64,000 nt of DNA. Source: an uncultured bacterium (GTDB lineage: Bacteria > Verrucomicrobiota > Verrucomicrobiia > Verrucomicrobiales > DEV007). The translations under genes were made by a program, and so were the position numbers. The notes under the pieces were generated by a model. That model was not told where the DNA came from. It made no database searches and saw only the letters and a program-made list of their open reading frames with translations. The DNA is taken from positions 32,001 through 96,000 of the forward strand of contig CAXBMO010000021.1 of NCBI GenBank assembly GCA_963977015.1, written 5' to 3'. Shown here piece by piece: positions 9,135 to 20,904 of this stretch. Position 1 is the first letter of the stretch; each line of letters begins with the position of its first letter.

Positions 9135-12100
9135 TTTGAGGGAAAGGACGCTCTCCAAAAAGGGTGCGGTCCGACTCTTCTCGTGACTGCGAAGTTCTTC
9201 CGGCGAACAAGCCGCCACCACTTCGCCGCCGTCTTCTCCGGCCTCGGGACCAATCTCGATCACGTAGTCCGCCTCGGCCACAATATCCAGGTTATGCTCG
9301 ATCACAACCACCGTCGCGCCATCATCGACCAGACGATGGAGGACTTCCAACAAGCGCTCCACATCCTGCATGTGCAGGCCGATTGAAGGCTCCTCAATCA
9401 GATAGAGAAAAGACTTCGGTTGCCGATTCTGGCGAAGCTTTGCCGTCTGGCTGCGACCAACGCCGCGCGTCAGCTCACTCACCAATTTGATTCGCTGCGC
9501 TTCTCCACCGGACAACGTCGGACTCGGTTGCCCCAGTTGCAGATAGCCCAGTCCCGTATCGCAAAGTAAACCCAGGGTTCGGGAAATGCGTGGACTCGCC
9601 TCAAAGAACTCATTCGCCTCGTCGATGCTCATCTGCATCACCTCGCCAATGTTCTTCCCATTGTAGAGAATCTCCAGCGTCGCATCGTTGTAGCGCATTC
9701 CATGGCAGTCCTCACATTCCACATAGCTGGTGGGCAGGAAGTTCATCTCGAGCTTGATCTGCCCATTTCCCTTGCACGTTTCGCAGCGGCCGCCCTCGGT
9801 GTTGAAACTGAACCGGCTGGCGGTATAGCCACGAGCCCGCGCATCGGGAACCTGCGCGTAGAGCTTCCGAATCTCGTCGAACACCTTGATGTAGGTGCCG
9901 GGCGTTGATCGGCTGGTTTTTCCAATAGGCGATTGGTCGACCTCGTAAACGGCTTCGATCTGATCAACGCCCTTGATCGATTTCCAGGTCTTCTCGCTCG
10001 GTTTGCTGCGATCCTTCGGCAAATTCGCCCGCACCGCAGGCTGTAGAACTCCGCGCATCAAACTGCTTTTTCCGGAACCGGAAATTCCACACAAAACCGT
10101 CATCCGGCCGACCGGGATTCCCAGACTAACATTCTTCAAATTGTTCGCCGTCGCTTTCTCAATCCGAATCCAGCCTGCCTTCGCGTTCCTGGCCGGAATG
10201 GGTCGGCGTTCTCCCCGCATCGGATGCACCAACGGATGCTTCAATTTCTTGCCCGTCGCCGAATTCGGGTTCTTCCGAATTTGCGCCAGGGTTCCCTGCG
10301 CCGACACCTCACCACCAAAGCGCCCGGCTCCGGGTCCCAGATCGATCACGTGATTGCTGCGACGCATCGTCTCTTCGTCATGCTCAACCACGACCAGGGA
10401 GTTCCCTTTGTCTCGCAAGGCCGTCAAAGTATCGAGCAGGCTCGCATTGTCCCGAGGGTGCAGACCGATCGTTGGTTCGTCGAGCACATAGAGAACCCCT
10501 CTCAGGTTGGAGCCGAGCTGCGCCGCGAGACGAATGCGTTGGCTCTCGCCACCACTGAGCGTTTTCGCGCTGCGATCAAGCTGCAGATAGCCGAGCCCCA
10601 CTTCCTCCATGAAACGCAGGCGCTGGGTGATCTCCGGAATAATGTCCCGGGCAATCAACCCATCTTTGCCGGTGAACTTGAACTTCCCGACGACCTCTTT
10701 CGCGTCGCTGACACTCAAGCGGGCGATCTGATCGATCGTGGAATCCTGGACTCGAACATTTCTCGCCACTTCATTCAGCCTCCCCCCGTTGCAGGTTGGG
10801 CACGTCACCAATTCATCCGGCTCAACCCACTTTCGTTGCCGCTCTTCCCTCAATTCCGCCTCCAGCTGCGACTCTCCATCGTCCTTGTCCCATCGCGGCT
10901 TGATGTGCACCTCGCCATATCCCCGGCAATTGGGACACCAGCCATGGGGCGAGTTGTAGCTGAACAAGCGGGGATCCAGTTCCTCGAACGAACGCCCCGT
11001 GTCGGGACAACTCATCGTCGTGCTAACGACTTGAATGTCCTTTTTGGCGTCGATGTACTTCGCGGTTTGTTTGCCCAGCTTCAATGCGGTCTCCAGAGCC
11101 TTCCGAATTTCGCCGGAGGGCGTCTTCTTGTCGATCTCGCAAATCACCACGTCGATGGTGTGTTCCTGGAAGCGCGTGAGCTTCTTGAAGTCGGTCGAAG
11201 GCTTGAACTCCCCATCGACCAACAGTTCCTCATACCCGTGCTTTTCAGCCCATTTGGCGACATCCGTGTGAAACCCCTTCCGCGCCTTGACCAGCGGCGC
11301 CATGATCTTGATCTTCCCGTTCGCCGCCGCCTTTTTGGCTTTCGTCACAATCGCGGTAATCGATTGTTTCACCACGGGCTTCCCCGTGGCGGGAGAATGC
11401 TGAATCCCGACCTTGGCAAAGAGCAGGCGCAGAAAGTGGTAAACCTCCGTCACCGTCGCAACCGTCGACTTCCCTCCTCCCCGCGAAATGCGTTGTTCGA
11501 TCGCGACCGTTGGCGGAAGCCCCGTCACGTGATCGATGTCCGGTTTCTCCATCTGTTCCACGAACTGCCGCGCATAGGTCGACATACTATCCAGAAAGCG
11601 CCGTTGTCCTTCCGCAAACAAGATATCAAAGGCCAGGGTCGACTTCCCGGAACCGCTCAGCCCTGTCACAACCACCATTTCGTCGCGCGGAATCTCCAGA
11701 TTGAAGTTTTTCAAGTTATGCTCCCGCGCGCCGAGCACCTTGATCACCGATGCATCCGATTTCAACATGGGAGCTCGATAGGTGGCCTGCCGCTCTCTGA
11801 CACTCGTTTTCGCATCCGGATAAAGAACTTGGGACAACGATTTCGCGGTATGCGATCGCTTCACCTTGGCAATCGCTTCCGGCGTCCCTTCGGCGACGAT
11901 CTCGCCTCCCGCGCTTCCCGCTTCCGGCCCCAGATCAATCACCCAATCGGCACACTTGATCACCTCCACGTTGTGTTCGATCACCAGAATACTGTCTCCG
12001 TTTTCCACCAATCGTTGGAAGACCTTGAGAAGCATCGCCACATCGTCAAAATGGAGTCCCGTCGTCGGCTCATCGAAAATCAACAGCGAGGAGTGATCCT

Positions 12101-14699
12101 TCTGCTTGCTGCCGCTCGATTCCAACAAGTGCCCCACGAGTTTAAGGCGTTGCGCCTCACCTCCGGAAAGCGTGTTCAGCGGCTGTCCCAAACGGAGATA
12201 TCCCAACCCGACATCCTGGAGCACACTCAGACTGGAAACAATTTTCGTGGAAAGCCGGTTTCCCTCCATCGCATCGAAAAAGGGAATCGCGCGATCGATC
12301 GTCATGCTGAGAACGTCGTAGATGGATTCACCCTCGAGTAAAACCTCCAACGTCTCCGGAGTGTAACGCTTCCCCTCGCACTCCGGACAGGTCACGTAGA
12401 CATCGCTCAGGAACTGCATCTCGACCTTCTCGAATCCGGTCCCCCAACAGCGTTCGCATCGCCCAGCACCCGAGTTAAACGAAAAGTAGCCGGGAGTCAG
12501 ACCGCGGGCTTCCGCATCGGGAGTCGTCGCAAACAACTTCCGAATTCCCTCGAAAACGCCGGTAAACACCGCGGGCGTCGAGCGCGGTGTTTTGCTGAGG
12601 GGCGATTGATCCACCATGATCACCGTGTCCGTCTTGGAGACGCCTTTGAGCGACTTCACCGCACCAACCTCCGTCTCGGCGACTTCTCCACGATCTCTCA
12701 GGATATTCTGATAAAGAACGTCGTGGATAAGGGTCGATTTGCCGGAACCGGAAACACCCGTGACGACCGTGAAAATACCGAGAGGGATCTTCACATCGAT
12801 CCGCTTCAGGTTGTGCTGCCGGGCGCCGACAATTTCGATCCAGTTGGTCGCGACACGACGATTCTCCGGAATCGGGATCACCTTCTCGCCCGTGAGGTAG
12901 GCGCGGGTTAGTGAGCGAGAACTTTCAATCCCTTCCGCGCCCTGTTTCATATCTCCGGCATAGACGATTTCGCCACCTCCCTCCCCTCTTCCGGGTCCGA
13001 CATCGACCAGATAGTCCGCCGCGCGAATCACCGCTTCTTCATGCTCCACGACCAGGAGCGTGTTGCCCTTGTTTCGCAATTGCTCCATGACCTCGATCAG
13101 TCGCCCGATGTCCCGCGGGTGAAGGCCGATGCTCGGTTCGTCCAAAACGAAGAGCGTGTTGGTGAGTGACGCTCCCAGGCACGTCGTCAGGTTGACCCGC
13201 TGAACCTCGCCGCCGCTGAGGGTTCGCGTCGCCCGATCCAGATTCAGGTATCCCAGCCCGACGCGATCCATGTATCCCAGCCGGGAAGTTACCTCGTTCT
13301 TCAGGAGTTCCGCGCTGGAGTCTCCTGCCGGTAGCTTGACGCTTTCGAAGAACGGCAACAGCTCGTCCACGGAAAGCGTCCACAGCTCGGGCAAGGTCTT
13401 GTCGTTCACTCGGAAATTCAGCGCCTCGGGTTGGAGCCTGGTCCCGTTGCACGTGTCGCATTCGGTATAACTCCGAAATCGGCTCAGAAACACGCGAACG
13501 TGCATTTTGTAGCTCTTCGACTCGACCCATTTGAAGAACCCTTTGACGCCATACCAACTGCCGATCTCGTAGGCAGCCTCCGGGTCGCCGCCATCACCCT
13601 TGATGACCCATTCCTGGTCGCTTTTCGGAAGATCCTCAAACGGCGTGTCCAGGTCGACGTCCTGCACCACCGCGCAACGCTCCAGATCGGCCTGACATTC
13701 GTAGTATTTGTCTCCTTGAAACGCTTTGACAACGCCTTCCCGAATCGAAAGCGTTTTGTCGGGAAGCGCCCGCTCGACATCGATTCCGATCACTCGCCCA
13801 AACCCGCGACAGTCCGGGCATGCTCCCAACGGATTGTTGAAACTGAAGAGTCCGGCCACCGGCTCACGAATGTCCGTATCGCACGAAGCGCAATGCCACT
13901 TGGTCGAAAACGAAAGCCGCTCGTTCGAGTCCGGCTCCACCAGCGCGACTTTGCCTTTTCCAAAGTGTAGCGCCGTTTCAACCGCTTCAAGGAGTCGACT
14001 TTTGCGATTCGCCGCGACGCGATCCTGAATCACATCGACCATGCCCTGCAATCTCCGCGAAAACTGATCCGGCTGGTCGGTTCGATAGATTTCCCCATAG
14101 ATCAACACGCGGACATAGCCCTGAGCCTGGAGAAACTCGAAAAAATCGGCCACCTCCGTATCAGCCGGCACCGCGATGCCGAACGTCACCAGCACCGGTT
14201 TGTCCTCAAAAGTCGCTTTCGCGGAACTGCTGATGCTTTGCGGAGTGTCAGGCTGAACCCGCGATCCGCATTCCGGACAAAAACCTTCCGCGACCCGGGG
14301 AAAAAGCAGCTTCAGGTAGTCGTTGATTTCGGTGATCGTTCCAACCGTCGAACGCGTCGTCTTCACGTTGTTCGACTGCTCAATCGCGATCGCCGGAGGA
14401 ATTCCGCGGATCTCCTCCACCTGCGGCTTGTCCATCCGGTCGAAAAATTGACGGACATAGGGCGAAAACGTCTCGACATAGCGGCGCTGGCCTTCCGCAT
14501 AGATGGTCTGGAAAGCGAGGCTGGATTTGCCACTTCCACTCGGACCGGTCACCACAATCAACTGATTCAGTGGCAAATCCAGGTCCACCCCCTTCAGGTT
14601 ATTCTGCGTCGCGCCGCGAATTTCAATCGCTTCGGACAGCTTCGCTCGGGACTTTCGACGCTTCGCCCGATTGGTGGGGTGCTTGCTAGGTTCAGGCAT
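9123..14699 (-). CDS. uvrA: Excinuclease ABC subunit A, double-length (two fused UvrA units)
   Basis: Four Walker A motifs ([32 protein letters not shown]), four LSGGE signatures and UvrA zinc fingers. Start placed at ATG 14699 to avoid overlap with the next gene. Confidence 0.95.
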   Translation of the reverse strand: MPEPSKHPTNRAKRRKSRAKLSEAIEIRGATQNNLKGVDLDLPLNQLIVVTGPSGSGKSSLAFQTIYAEGQRRYVETFSPYVRQFFDRMDKPQVEEIRGIPPAIAIEQSNNVKTTRSTVGTITEINDYLKLLFPRVAEGFCPECGSRVQPDTPQSISSSAKATFEDKPVLVTFGIAVPADTEVADFFEFLQAQGYVRVLIYGEIYRTDQPDQFSRRLQGMVDVIQDRVAANRKSRLLEAVETALHFGKGKVALVEPDSNERLSFSTKWHCASCDTDIREPVAGLFSFNNPLGACPDCRGFGRVIGIDVERALPDKTLSIREGVVKAFQGDKYYECQADLERCAVVQDVDLDTPFEDLPKSDQEWVIKGDGGDPEAAYEIGSWYGVKGFFKWVESKSYKMHVRVFLSRFRSYTECDTCNGTRLQPEALNFRVNDKTLPELWTLSVDELLPFFESVKLPAGDSSAELLKNEVTSRLGYMDRVGLGYLNLDRATRTLSGGEVQRVNLTTCLGASLTNTLFVLDEPSIGLHPRDIGRLIEVMEQLRNKGNTLLVVEHEEAVIRAADYLVDVGPGRGEGGGEIVYAGDMKQGAEGIESSRSLTRAYLTGEKVIPIPENRRVATNWIEIVGARQHNLKRIDVKIPLGIFTVVTGVSGSGKSTLIHDVLYQNILRDRGEVAETEVGAVKSLKGVSKTDTVIMVDQSPLSKTPRSTPAVFTGVFEGIRKLFATTPDAEARGLTPGYFSFNSGAGRCERCWGTGFEKVEMQFLSDVYVTCPECEGKRYTPETLEVLLEGESIYDVLSMTIDRAIPFFDAMEGNRLSTKIVSSLSVLQDVGLGYLRLGQPLNTLSGGEAQRLKLVGHLLESSGSKQKDHSSLLIFDEPTTGLHFDDVAMLLKVFQRLVENGDSILVIEHNVEVIKCADWVIDLGPEAGSAGGEIVAEGTPEAIAKVKRSHTAKSLSQVLYPDAKTSVRERQATYRAPMLKSDASVIKVLGAREHNLKNFNLEIPRDEMVVVTGLSGSGKSTLAFDILFAEGQRRFLDSMSTYARQFVEQMEKPDIDHVTGLPPTVAIEQRISRGGGKSTVATVTEVYHFLRLLFAKVGIQHSPATGKPVVKQSITAIVTKAKKAAANGKIKIMAPLVKARKGFHTDVAKWAEKHGYEELLVDGEFKPSTDFKKLTRFQEHTIDVVICEIDKKTPSGEIRKALETALKLGKQTAKYIDAKKDIQVVSTTMSCPDTGRSFEELDPRLFSYNSPHGWCPNCRGYGEVHIKPRWDKDDGESQLEAELREERQRKWVEPDELVTCPTCNGGRLNEVARNVRVQDSTIDQIARLSVSDAKEVVGKFKFTGKDGLIARDIIPEITQRLRFMEEVGLGYLQLDRSAKTLSGGESQRIRLAAQLGSNLRGVLYVLDEPTIGLHPRDNASLLDTLTALRDKGNSLVVVEHDEETMRRSNHVIDLGPGAGRFGGEVSAQGTLAQIRKNPNSATGKKLKHPLVHPMRGERRPIPARNAKAGWIRIEKATANNLKNVSLGIPVGRMTVLCGISGSGKSSLMRGVLQPAVRANLPKDRSKPSEKTWKSIKGVDQIEAVYEVDQSPIGKTSRSTPGTYIKVFDEIRKLYAQVPDARARGYTASRFSFNTEGGRCETCKGNGQIKLEMNFLPTSYVECEDCHGMRYNDATLEILYNGKNIGEVMQMSIDEANEFFEASPRISRTLGLLCDTGLGYLQLGQPSPTLSGGEAQRIKLVSELTRGVGRSQTAKLRQNRQPKSFLYLIEEPSIGLHMQDVERLLEVLHRLVDDGATVVVIEHNLDIVAEADYVIEIGPEAGEDGGEVVAACSPEELRSHEKSRTAPFLESVLSLKSSS

Positions 14700-14782
14700 T
14701 GCTGACCATACGACCCCTACTCGCCTTTGGCTCAAGCGGCTTTTTGCGGAAAATGCGCTTCCGGCCGCTTTTCGCGCCCGGA

Positions 14783-14811
14783 CCTGTGACAATGCAAGCC
14801 CGTCGGCATAG
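14783..14811 (+). promoter_or_regulatory. Putative ECF sigma promoter CCTGTGACAAT-N10-CGGCATAG
   Basis: Identical boxes and spacing recur at 21521-21549 (minus strand) upstream of the ECF sigma gene. The motif ends 6 nt before ATG 14818. Confidence 0.7.
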
Positions 14812-14817
14812 AGGCCC

Positions 14818-17800
14818 ATGAAAGCTATGAAACTGCGCCATTTCTTTGTCATCTCCCTCACCTTGGTGCTTTTTCTGGCGGGATGGATTTATCACCCGGT
14901 AGAAAATCAACGTGATCCCCAATATGCCGAGATGGTTTCGCGACTGGTCTCGAAGAGCTTGGATGTCGTAAAGGTCTCCCTCGCGGCGAGAACTCCTTCC
15001 CCGGTTGAAACCAAGGCGGCCAAGTCAGAACGCGTCACGGACGGGCTGCAACTTCTCTACGACTTTCGCGAAACGACAGGCCCCAAAATCCGCGATCGCT
15101 CCGGTGTCGGCACCCCCATGGATTTGACCATCGGAAATGCGTCCGCCGTCGAACGGACCGGGACGTCACTCATCGTCAAATCGCCGACCATCCTCGTTTC
15201 AGCGAAACCCGCTACGAAACTGACGGAAGCGGTTCGTCAAACCGGCGAGTTCACCCTCGAAGCTTGGATCAAACCCGCGAAGGAGTCCCAAAGCGGTCCC
15301 GCCAGAATCGTCACGCTCTCCCTCGATTCCCGGGAACGAAACTTCACACTCGGCCAGGACGGAAACCGCTACGACGTCCGGTTTTTGACCAACTCGACCG
15401 ACAGAAACGGCCTACCGTCCCTTGCCGGCCCCAAAGGGCAACTCGGGGCCAGGTTGACCCATGTGGTCTACTCCCGCGAACGTTCCGGCCAAACCGTTCT
15501 CTACCTGGATGGCAAGCCGCACGCTCAGCGAAACACCGGCGACAACCTGAAGAACTGGGATTCCAGCTACCGCTTCGCCCTCGCCAATGAGTTGAGCAAT
15601 GACCGCGCCTGGCTCGGTGAATTTCATCTCGTCGCCGCTTACAACCGGGCGCTTTCCCCGGCCGAAGTCCGCCAGAATCTGGAAGCCGGGGCCAATCCCG
15701 AAGGTGACGGTGACCTTCTCGCCGTGGAATCTCCGCCGAAACCGAAGATCGATCTCCCCACGGTCAAACTTCCCGGGGGAAACTCGCTCACCCACGTCGA
15801 CTTCGAGCGTCACGTCATGGGAATCCTCACGCGCCAGGGTTGCAACACCGGTTCCTGCCACGGTTCCCTTCAGGGAGAGAGCGACATGGCGCTGAGCTTG
15901 TTTGGCCATGCTCCCGAGCCGGACTACTTCTCGATTATCGATGAGAGTTTTGGTCCGTTCGCCGATCCGCTTGCCCCGGAAAAAAGCGCGTTGCTGCGCA
16001 AACCCACCCTGCTGAGCAAGCACAAAGGCGGTGAGCATTTTTCGCAACGTTCGTGGCAATACAAGGTCTTGAGGAACTGGATTCAGGGCGGCGCCGAATA
16101 TCACAGCGGCAGCGGTGACGTGGTCGGCGTTGAGATTTCACCTCCCCTGCACCGTTTCTCTCGTCCGGGAAAAACGGTCAGACTCAAGGTCGAAGCCACC
16201 TTTGCCGACGGCACGCGTGAGGACGTCACCCCCTTCAGCAAGTTTGAGATTGAGGACGACTTTGTGGCGGTTGTGAACGAGGACGGACAGGTTCGCGCTC
16301 AAAACCCCGGCGACACCGCGATCGTCGTTTCCTATCGCGACGAGGTCGTCGCCTCCCGCGCTCTGGTCGCGACTCCGATTGGTTACCTTGAGGAAGCCAA
16401 AAAATGGCTCTGGAACCCGGGAACCCAGCTTTCCGCGGCTCACTACATCGACCGCGAGATCGGGACCAAACTGGACGCGCTCAACATCGAACCGTCCGCA
16501 CCGGCAACCGATGGCGAGTTTCTCCGCCGGGTTTATATCGATACGATCGGCCGGTTGCCAAGCCCGGACGAGACACGGACATTCCTCGCCAACCGCAAGC
16601 CTGACAAACGCGCCGAAAAAATTGACGAGCTTCTGCGTCACCCACTCCACGCGGCGCTCTGGGCGACCAAGTTCAGCGACATCACCGGGAACAACTCAAG
16701 CGCCATGGAGAATCCGGGCGAGAAACGCAGCAAGATGTGGCACGATTGGTTTCGCGACCGGATCGCCGAAAACGTTCCCTACACGGATTTGGTCCGCGGC
16801 GTCATCCTGGCAACCAGCCGGGACGGCCGGAGCATTGACCGCTGGATTCAAGACGCTCGAAAGCAGGACGAAGGAGCTCTTCGCGGCTTCGAGAATTCTT
16901 ACGCGAAACGCGAAACGCTCGATCTTTTCTGGCAACGGCGAAACATGACTCAGGAGCTCTACGCGGAACAGACGGCAGCCGCGTTTCTCGGCGTTCAACT
17001 CCAGTGCGCGCAATGCCACAAGCACCCCTATGACCGCTGGACACAGGCGGATTACCGCGCCTACGCCAACGTCTTCGGCCAGGTCAAAAACGATCGTTCG
17101 TCAGAGGCTCGCAAGCAAATCGACTCCGAGAACAATCGGCGCAAAAAGGTCAAGGTGAACAAGAAGAACCTCCCCAACCTGCGCGAAGTCTTCGTCGATA
17201 CGGAGAGGCCGAATCGGCTCAAACATCCGGAAACAAACCAACCTCTGCCACCAACGCCGCTGGGTGCCGAAGCGTTGGAAGAGGATGGCGATTTCCGGAT
17301 CGCCTACTTTGATTGGCTGACGCAGCCCGAAAACCCGTTCTTCGCCCGATCCTTCGTCAATCGCGTTTGGGCGCACTATATGGGCATTGGCATTGTGGAA
17401 CCGGTCGATGGCTTCTCCGCCGCGAACCCGCCTTCCAACGAGAAACTTCTCGCCGCGTTGGCGGAAGATTTCGTTTCAAGCAATTACGACATGCGCCACC
17501 TCGAACGGCAGATCCTCAATTCGCAGGCTTATCAACGCTCGTCGATGCCGAACGAGACCAACCAGGAAGATAAGAACAATTATGCGCGCAAATATCCCCG
17601 TCAGATGATGGCCGAAGTCGTGGTCGACGTCTTGAATTCGGCTCTCGGCAAGAACGACGAATTCACCCGCGACGCGCCCAAGGGAAGCAGCGCCATTGAG
17701 GTGGCAGGCAGCCGGATTCAGGACGGAAACCTGGCTTACGTCTTCAGCGCTTTCGGACGACCAACCCGAACCGCGATCTGCGACTGCGAACGGAGCGGAG

Positions 17801-18111
17801 ATCCGGCCCTGCCGCAGACGCTCTATCTGATGACCGACTCCCGGGTTTATGACAAGATCCGTAACGGGCGACTGAAAGAGGAATTGGCCAAGGATAATCG
17901 GTTAGGTCGCCTGAAGAAGAAGGAACTCGGCGACAGCGAAATTGGCGAAATCGTTGAACAACTCTTTCTCTCCACCCTGACGCGCTTCCCGGACGAAATT
18001 GAACGGCAGGCCGCAATCGCCAACGTGCGCAAACAGGACGGAAGCGAAGCGGGTTTCGTCGACGTCTTCTGGGCCCTCATCAACACCCGCGAATTCATCC
18101 TCAATCACTAA
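14818..18111 (+). CDS. DUF1549/DUF1553 (PSD1/PSCyt2-type) protein with N-terminal LamG and Ig-like domains
   Basis: LamG (FTLEAWIKP...SGPARIVT); CNTGSCHG; FLRRVYIDTIGRLP; LQCAQCHKHPYDRWTQ; FARSFVNRVWAH..G.GIVEP; C-terminal EFILNH. Confidence 0.9.
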   Translation: MKAMKLRHFFVISLTLVLFLAGWIYHPVENQRDPQYAEMVSRLVSKSLDVVKVSLAARTPSPVETKAAKSERVTDGLQLLYDFRETTGPKIRDRSGVGTPMDLTIGNASAVERTGTSLIVKSPTILVSAKPATKLTEAVRQTGEFTLEAWIKPAKESQSGPARIVTLSLDSRERNFTLGQDGNRYDVRFLTNSTDRNGLPSLAGPKGQLGARLTHVVYSRERSGQTVLYLDGKPHAQRNTGDNLKNWDSSYRFALANELSNDRAWLGEFHLVAAYNRALSPAEVRQNLEAGANPEGDGDLLAVESPPKPKIDLPTVKLPGGNSLTHVDFERHVMGILTRQGCNTGSCHGSLQGESDMALSLFGHAPEPDYFSIIDESFGPFADPLAPEKSALLRKPTLLSKHKGGEHFSQRSWQYKVLRNWIQGGAEYHSGSGDVVGVEISPPLHRFSRPGKTVRLKVEATFADGTREDVTPFSKFEIEDDFVAVVNEDGQVRAQNPGDTAIVVSYRDEVVASRALVATPIGYLEEAKKWLWNPGTQLSAAHYIDREIGTKLDALNIEPSAPATDGEFLRRVYIDTIGRLPSPDETRTFLANRKPDKRAEKIDELLRHPLHAALWATKFSDITGNNSSAMENPGEKRSKMWHDWFRDRIAENVPYTDLVRGVILATSRDGRSIDRWIQDARKQDEGALRGFENSYAKRETLDLFWQRRNMTQELYAEQTAAAFLGVQLQCAQCHKHPYDRWTQADYRAYANVFGQVKNDRSSEARKQIDSENNRRKKVKVNKKNLPNLREVFVDTERPNRLKHPETNQPLPPTPLGAEALEEDGDFRIAYFDWLTQPENPFFARSFVNRVWAHYMGIGIVEPVDGFSAANPPSNEKLLAALAEDFVSSNYDMRHLERQILNSQAYQRSSMPNETNQEDKNNYARKYPRQMMAEVVVDVLNSALGKNDEFTRDAPKGSSAIEVAGSRIQDGNLAYVFSAFGRPTRTAICDCERSGDPALPQTLYLMTDSRVYDKIRNGRLKEELAKDNRLGRLKKKELGDSEIGEIVEQLFLSTLTRFPDEIERQAAIANVRKQDGSEAGFVDVFWALINTREFILNH

Positions 18112-18117
18112 ACGACT

Positions 18118-19422
18118 ATGAAGCAACCATCCTGGATCGACTGCGAGGGCAATGCCCGGCGCGACTTCCTCAGGTTCGGCACCGCCGGCCTCATGGGGCT
18201 CAGCCTGACCGATGTCCTGCGACTTGAAGCGGCTTCGCAGGGAACCTCAAAAGCAAAAAGCATCATCATGATCTGGCTCGCGGGGGGACCGGCCACGATC
18301 GACATGTGGGATTTGAAACCGGACGCACCGAACAACATTCGCGGCGAGTTCAAACCGATCGGGACGTCTGCCGATGGCATCCAGATTTCCGAGCATCTTC
18401 CCAGCCTCGCCAAAGTCATGAAACACTGCGCGGTGGTTCGCTCCGTTCGTCATACCATTCCCTCGCATGGTCCGGGGACGGTCTATATGCACACCGGCCA
18501 CAAGCCCACCCCGGCGTTGGATTACCCATCCATCGGCTCACTAACGTTCAAACTGCTCTCCACGCCGACCGGTGTTCCACCCTACGTGACTTTTGGGCGG
18601 GAACGTGATCGGGCGGCGATGGGCGGCTATCTGGGACCAGCCTACAATCCCTTTCAAGTCGAGGGAAATGGGCGCAACGGAGATTTTCGAGTCCGAGGAC
18701 TCACTCTCCCTTCCGGTTTCAGCCTGGATCAGCTCGCCAATCGCGCGGAACTGCTCAACACCTTCGATTCCCGCTTCCAGGCCTTCGATCAATCCGGTTC
18801 CATCGCCGGCAGTCTCGACCAATTCCAGCAACAAGCTCTCGACATGTTGCGTTCGCCGAAAACGCGGACGGCGTTCGATCTCGAGAAGGAACCTGACAAA
18901 CTTCGCGATCGCTACGGCAGGGACACCTTTGGCCAAGGCGCTCTGGCAGCACGCCGCCTGATCGAGGCCGGAGTTCGTTTTGTCAGTGTTGGCACCGGCG
19001 GATGGGATACCCACGGAGACAATTTCAAGAAGCTCAAGGACAGCAAACTTCCCGAACTGGACCGCACCTTGTCAGCCTTGATCGAAGATCTCGAGAATCG
19101 AGGGTTGCTCGATGAGACCATGATTTATTGCACCGGCGAGTTTGCGAGAACACCCAAGGTCAATGGCAAGGGCGGACGCGATCATTGGGCCAAATCGATG
19201 GCGGTGCTGATGGCCGGCGGTGGCCTCAAACGCGGCTTCGCCCACGGCACTACGACGAAGGACGGGATGGCGCCCGATGACGATCCCTGCACCCCGGCTG
19301 ATCTTTGCGCGACCATGTTTCACAACCTGGGAATCGATGCCCGGGAACAACTCGAAACTCCTTCCGGACGATCGATCGCACTCTTTCGCGACGGAAAGGT
19401 CCTGACCAACCTGCTGAGTTGA
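18118..19422 (+). CDS. DUF1501 domain protein
   Basis: RRDFLR, WLAGGP...DMWDLKP, ARRLIEAGVRFV, GWDTH, GEFARTP and GRDHW. Confidence 0.92.
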   Translation: MKQPSWIDCEGNARRDFLRFGTAGLMGLSLTDVLRLEAASQGTSKAKSIIMIWLAGGPATIDMWDLKPDAPNNIRGEFKPIGTSADGIQISEHLPSLAKVMKHCAVVRSVRHTIPSHGPGTVYMHTGHKPTPALDYPSIGSLTFKLLSTPTGVPPYVTFGRERDRAAMGGYLGPAYNPFQVEGNGRNGDFRVRGLTLPSGFSLDQLANRAELLNTFDSRFQAFDQSGSIAGSLDQFQQQALDMLRSPKTRTAFDLEKEPDKLRDRYGRDTFGQGALAARRLIEAGVRFVSVGTGGWDTHGDNFKKLKDSKLPELDRTLSALIEDLENRGLLDETMIYCTGEFARTPKVNGKGGRDHWAKSMAVLMAGGGLKRGFAHGTTTKDGMAPDDDPCTPADLCATMFHNLGIDAREQLETPSGRSIALFRDGKVLTNLLS

Positions 19423-19428
19423 AAATCG

Positions 19429-20904
19429 TCAGGGCGTCCGGGTTTGATCCGGCCCCGAGGCGAAATTGCGCCGCACCTCGGCTTCGCTCAGCGCCTTAGA
19501 ATAAATGGCGGTGAGCCGAATCCGGCCGCGCCAGGATCGATTTTCACCGCTTGGATCATTGCCGAGGCCCAATTTGAGATTGGGATGCCAATTGGAGAAA
19601 TAGCCGGGAATCCGGGATTGTGCGACGACCTTGCCGTCCAGGTAAAACCTGGCTTCGCCGCCGGGTGTCCGGGTGAAAACGAGATGGGTGAGCTTGGTGG
19701 AAACGCGCGCGGAGGATTGCAGCACCTCGTAAGTTTTCGTTTCCGTGGTGCGAAGCCGAACGACGTAGCGGTCTTGGTCCTGGCCGAGAAGAAAGTTCGT
19801 GGCACTGCTTCCGTGGGAAAAGGTCACGATCCGAGCGGGCCCCGATTGCGCTTTCTTCGCCGGTTGGACCCAGACCTCAATCGAAATCGCGCGGGATTCC
19901 TGACAGGCGTTCTGAATCTTGGTCGCGGCGCTCCGGGACTGGAAATTCGGAGCGTTATCTTTGGAGTTTTTCTCCGCGCTCAAATCCAAAGCCGCCCCGA
20001 ATCCGGACCGGTCGCGAACGACCTTCCCCGCTTCCTCGAAGGTATACAGGGCGACCAAATCACTCTCGACGCGGCTCGGTCTCGCAGCAAGATCCTGATC
20101 CGGTCCCACGACAGCGAACATGCCCGCGCGCACCTCAACCATCGCGCCATCGGAAACGCGGCGGAGATCCACCTGCCCTTCGCTGACTTCCAGCCGGGTT
20201 TGCGCTGCATCAGCGGTCAGGGCGAATTGGGTCCCGCGCACAATGGCGTAAGCGTGGGGTGTTTGCAGAACAAACGGCTCGCCCGGCGGTTGCCTGGTCA
20301 CGTCGGCATCAATTCGACCGGCAACCAGTTGCAGGCGTTTTGACGGGGTTTCATCCAGCTCGAAACTGGGCTCAAAGACGACTTCCGTGCCCCGATCAAG
20401 CCGCACCTGGGTGTCGTCTTTGTATCGCAACTCTCCCGTCGAGTCCGGCGAAGCAACCACCCGATCGTAAGGCCGCAGTTTCACGCCCTGGCTCACCCAC
20501 TCGGATTCCCCCTGGCTCAAAACTTTGACCGCCCCTTCAATCCCCACAAAGTCTGCCGGTTCGAACCAGCCGTCCTGCACCAAAACCAGCGCAATGGCCA
20601 ACGCGGCCGCCATTCCAGCGGGAATCGCGATGCGATAAAACCATCGATCGACAAGTGTCTCGAGGATCGCGGGCGCCGGACTTTTCCGGGATTTCCGGGC
20701 CAATTTCGCGACGCGCGCCATGGTGGCGTCTGCAACGTCGAAATTCTGGTCCAGATTCCGCAATTCCACTTCCACATCGAGCAGCTGCCGGAATTGGGTC
20801 GCCGTTTCTGGATTCGCATCGACGAGCGATTGCAGTTCGCGCGTTTCGTTGCGCGAAAGGCAGCCTTCCAGCTCCTTCTGAACGAGTTCTTCGAGGCGTT
20901 TCAT
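19429..20904 (-). CDS. FecR-type anti-sigma factor with C-terminal LamG domain
   Basis: N-terminal anti-sigma helix, TM, FecR core (TPHAYAIVRGTQF...LEVSEGQV) and LamG; ATGA overlap with the sigma gene stop. Confidence 0.85.
   Translation of the reverse strand: MKRLEELVQKELEGCLSRNETRELQSLVDANPETATQFRQLLDVEVELRNLDQNFDVADATMARVAKLARKSRKSPAPAILETLVDRWFYRIAIPAGMAAALAIALVLVQDGWFEPADFVGIEGAVKVLSQGESEWVSQGVKLRPYDRVVASPDSTGELRYKDDTQVRLDRGTEVVFEPSFELDETPSKRLQLVAGRIDADVTRQPPGEPFVLQTPHAYAIVRGTQFALTADAAQTRLEVSEGQVDLRRVSDGAMVEVRAGMFAVVGPDQDLAARPSRVESDLVALYTFEEAGKVVRDRSGFGAALDLSAEKNSKDNAPNFQSRSAATKIQNACQESRAISIEVWVQPAKKAQSGPARIVTFSHGSSATNFLLGQDQDRYVVRLRTTETKTYEVLQSSARVSTKLTHLVFTRTPGGEARFYLDGKVVAQSRIPGYFSNWHPNLKLGLGNDPSGENRSWRGRIRLTAIYSKALSEAEVRRNFASGPDQTRTP

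Noticed and set aside
10224-12341. 705-aa plus-strand ORF and similar long antisense ORFs (e.g. 35692-37479, 31027-32130)
   Set aside because: They lie opposite well-supported genes and have no motifs, as is typical of GC-rich codon bias.
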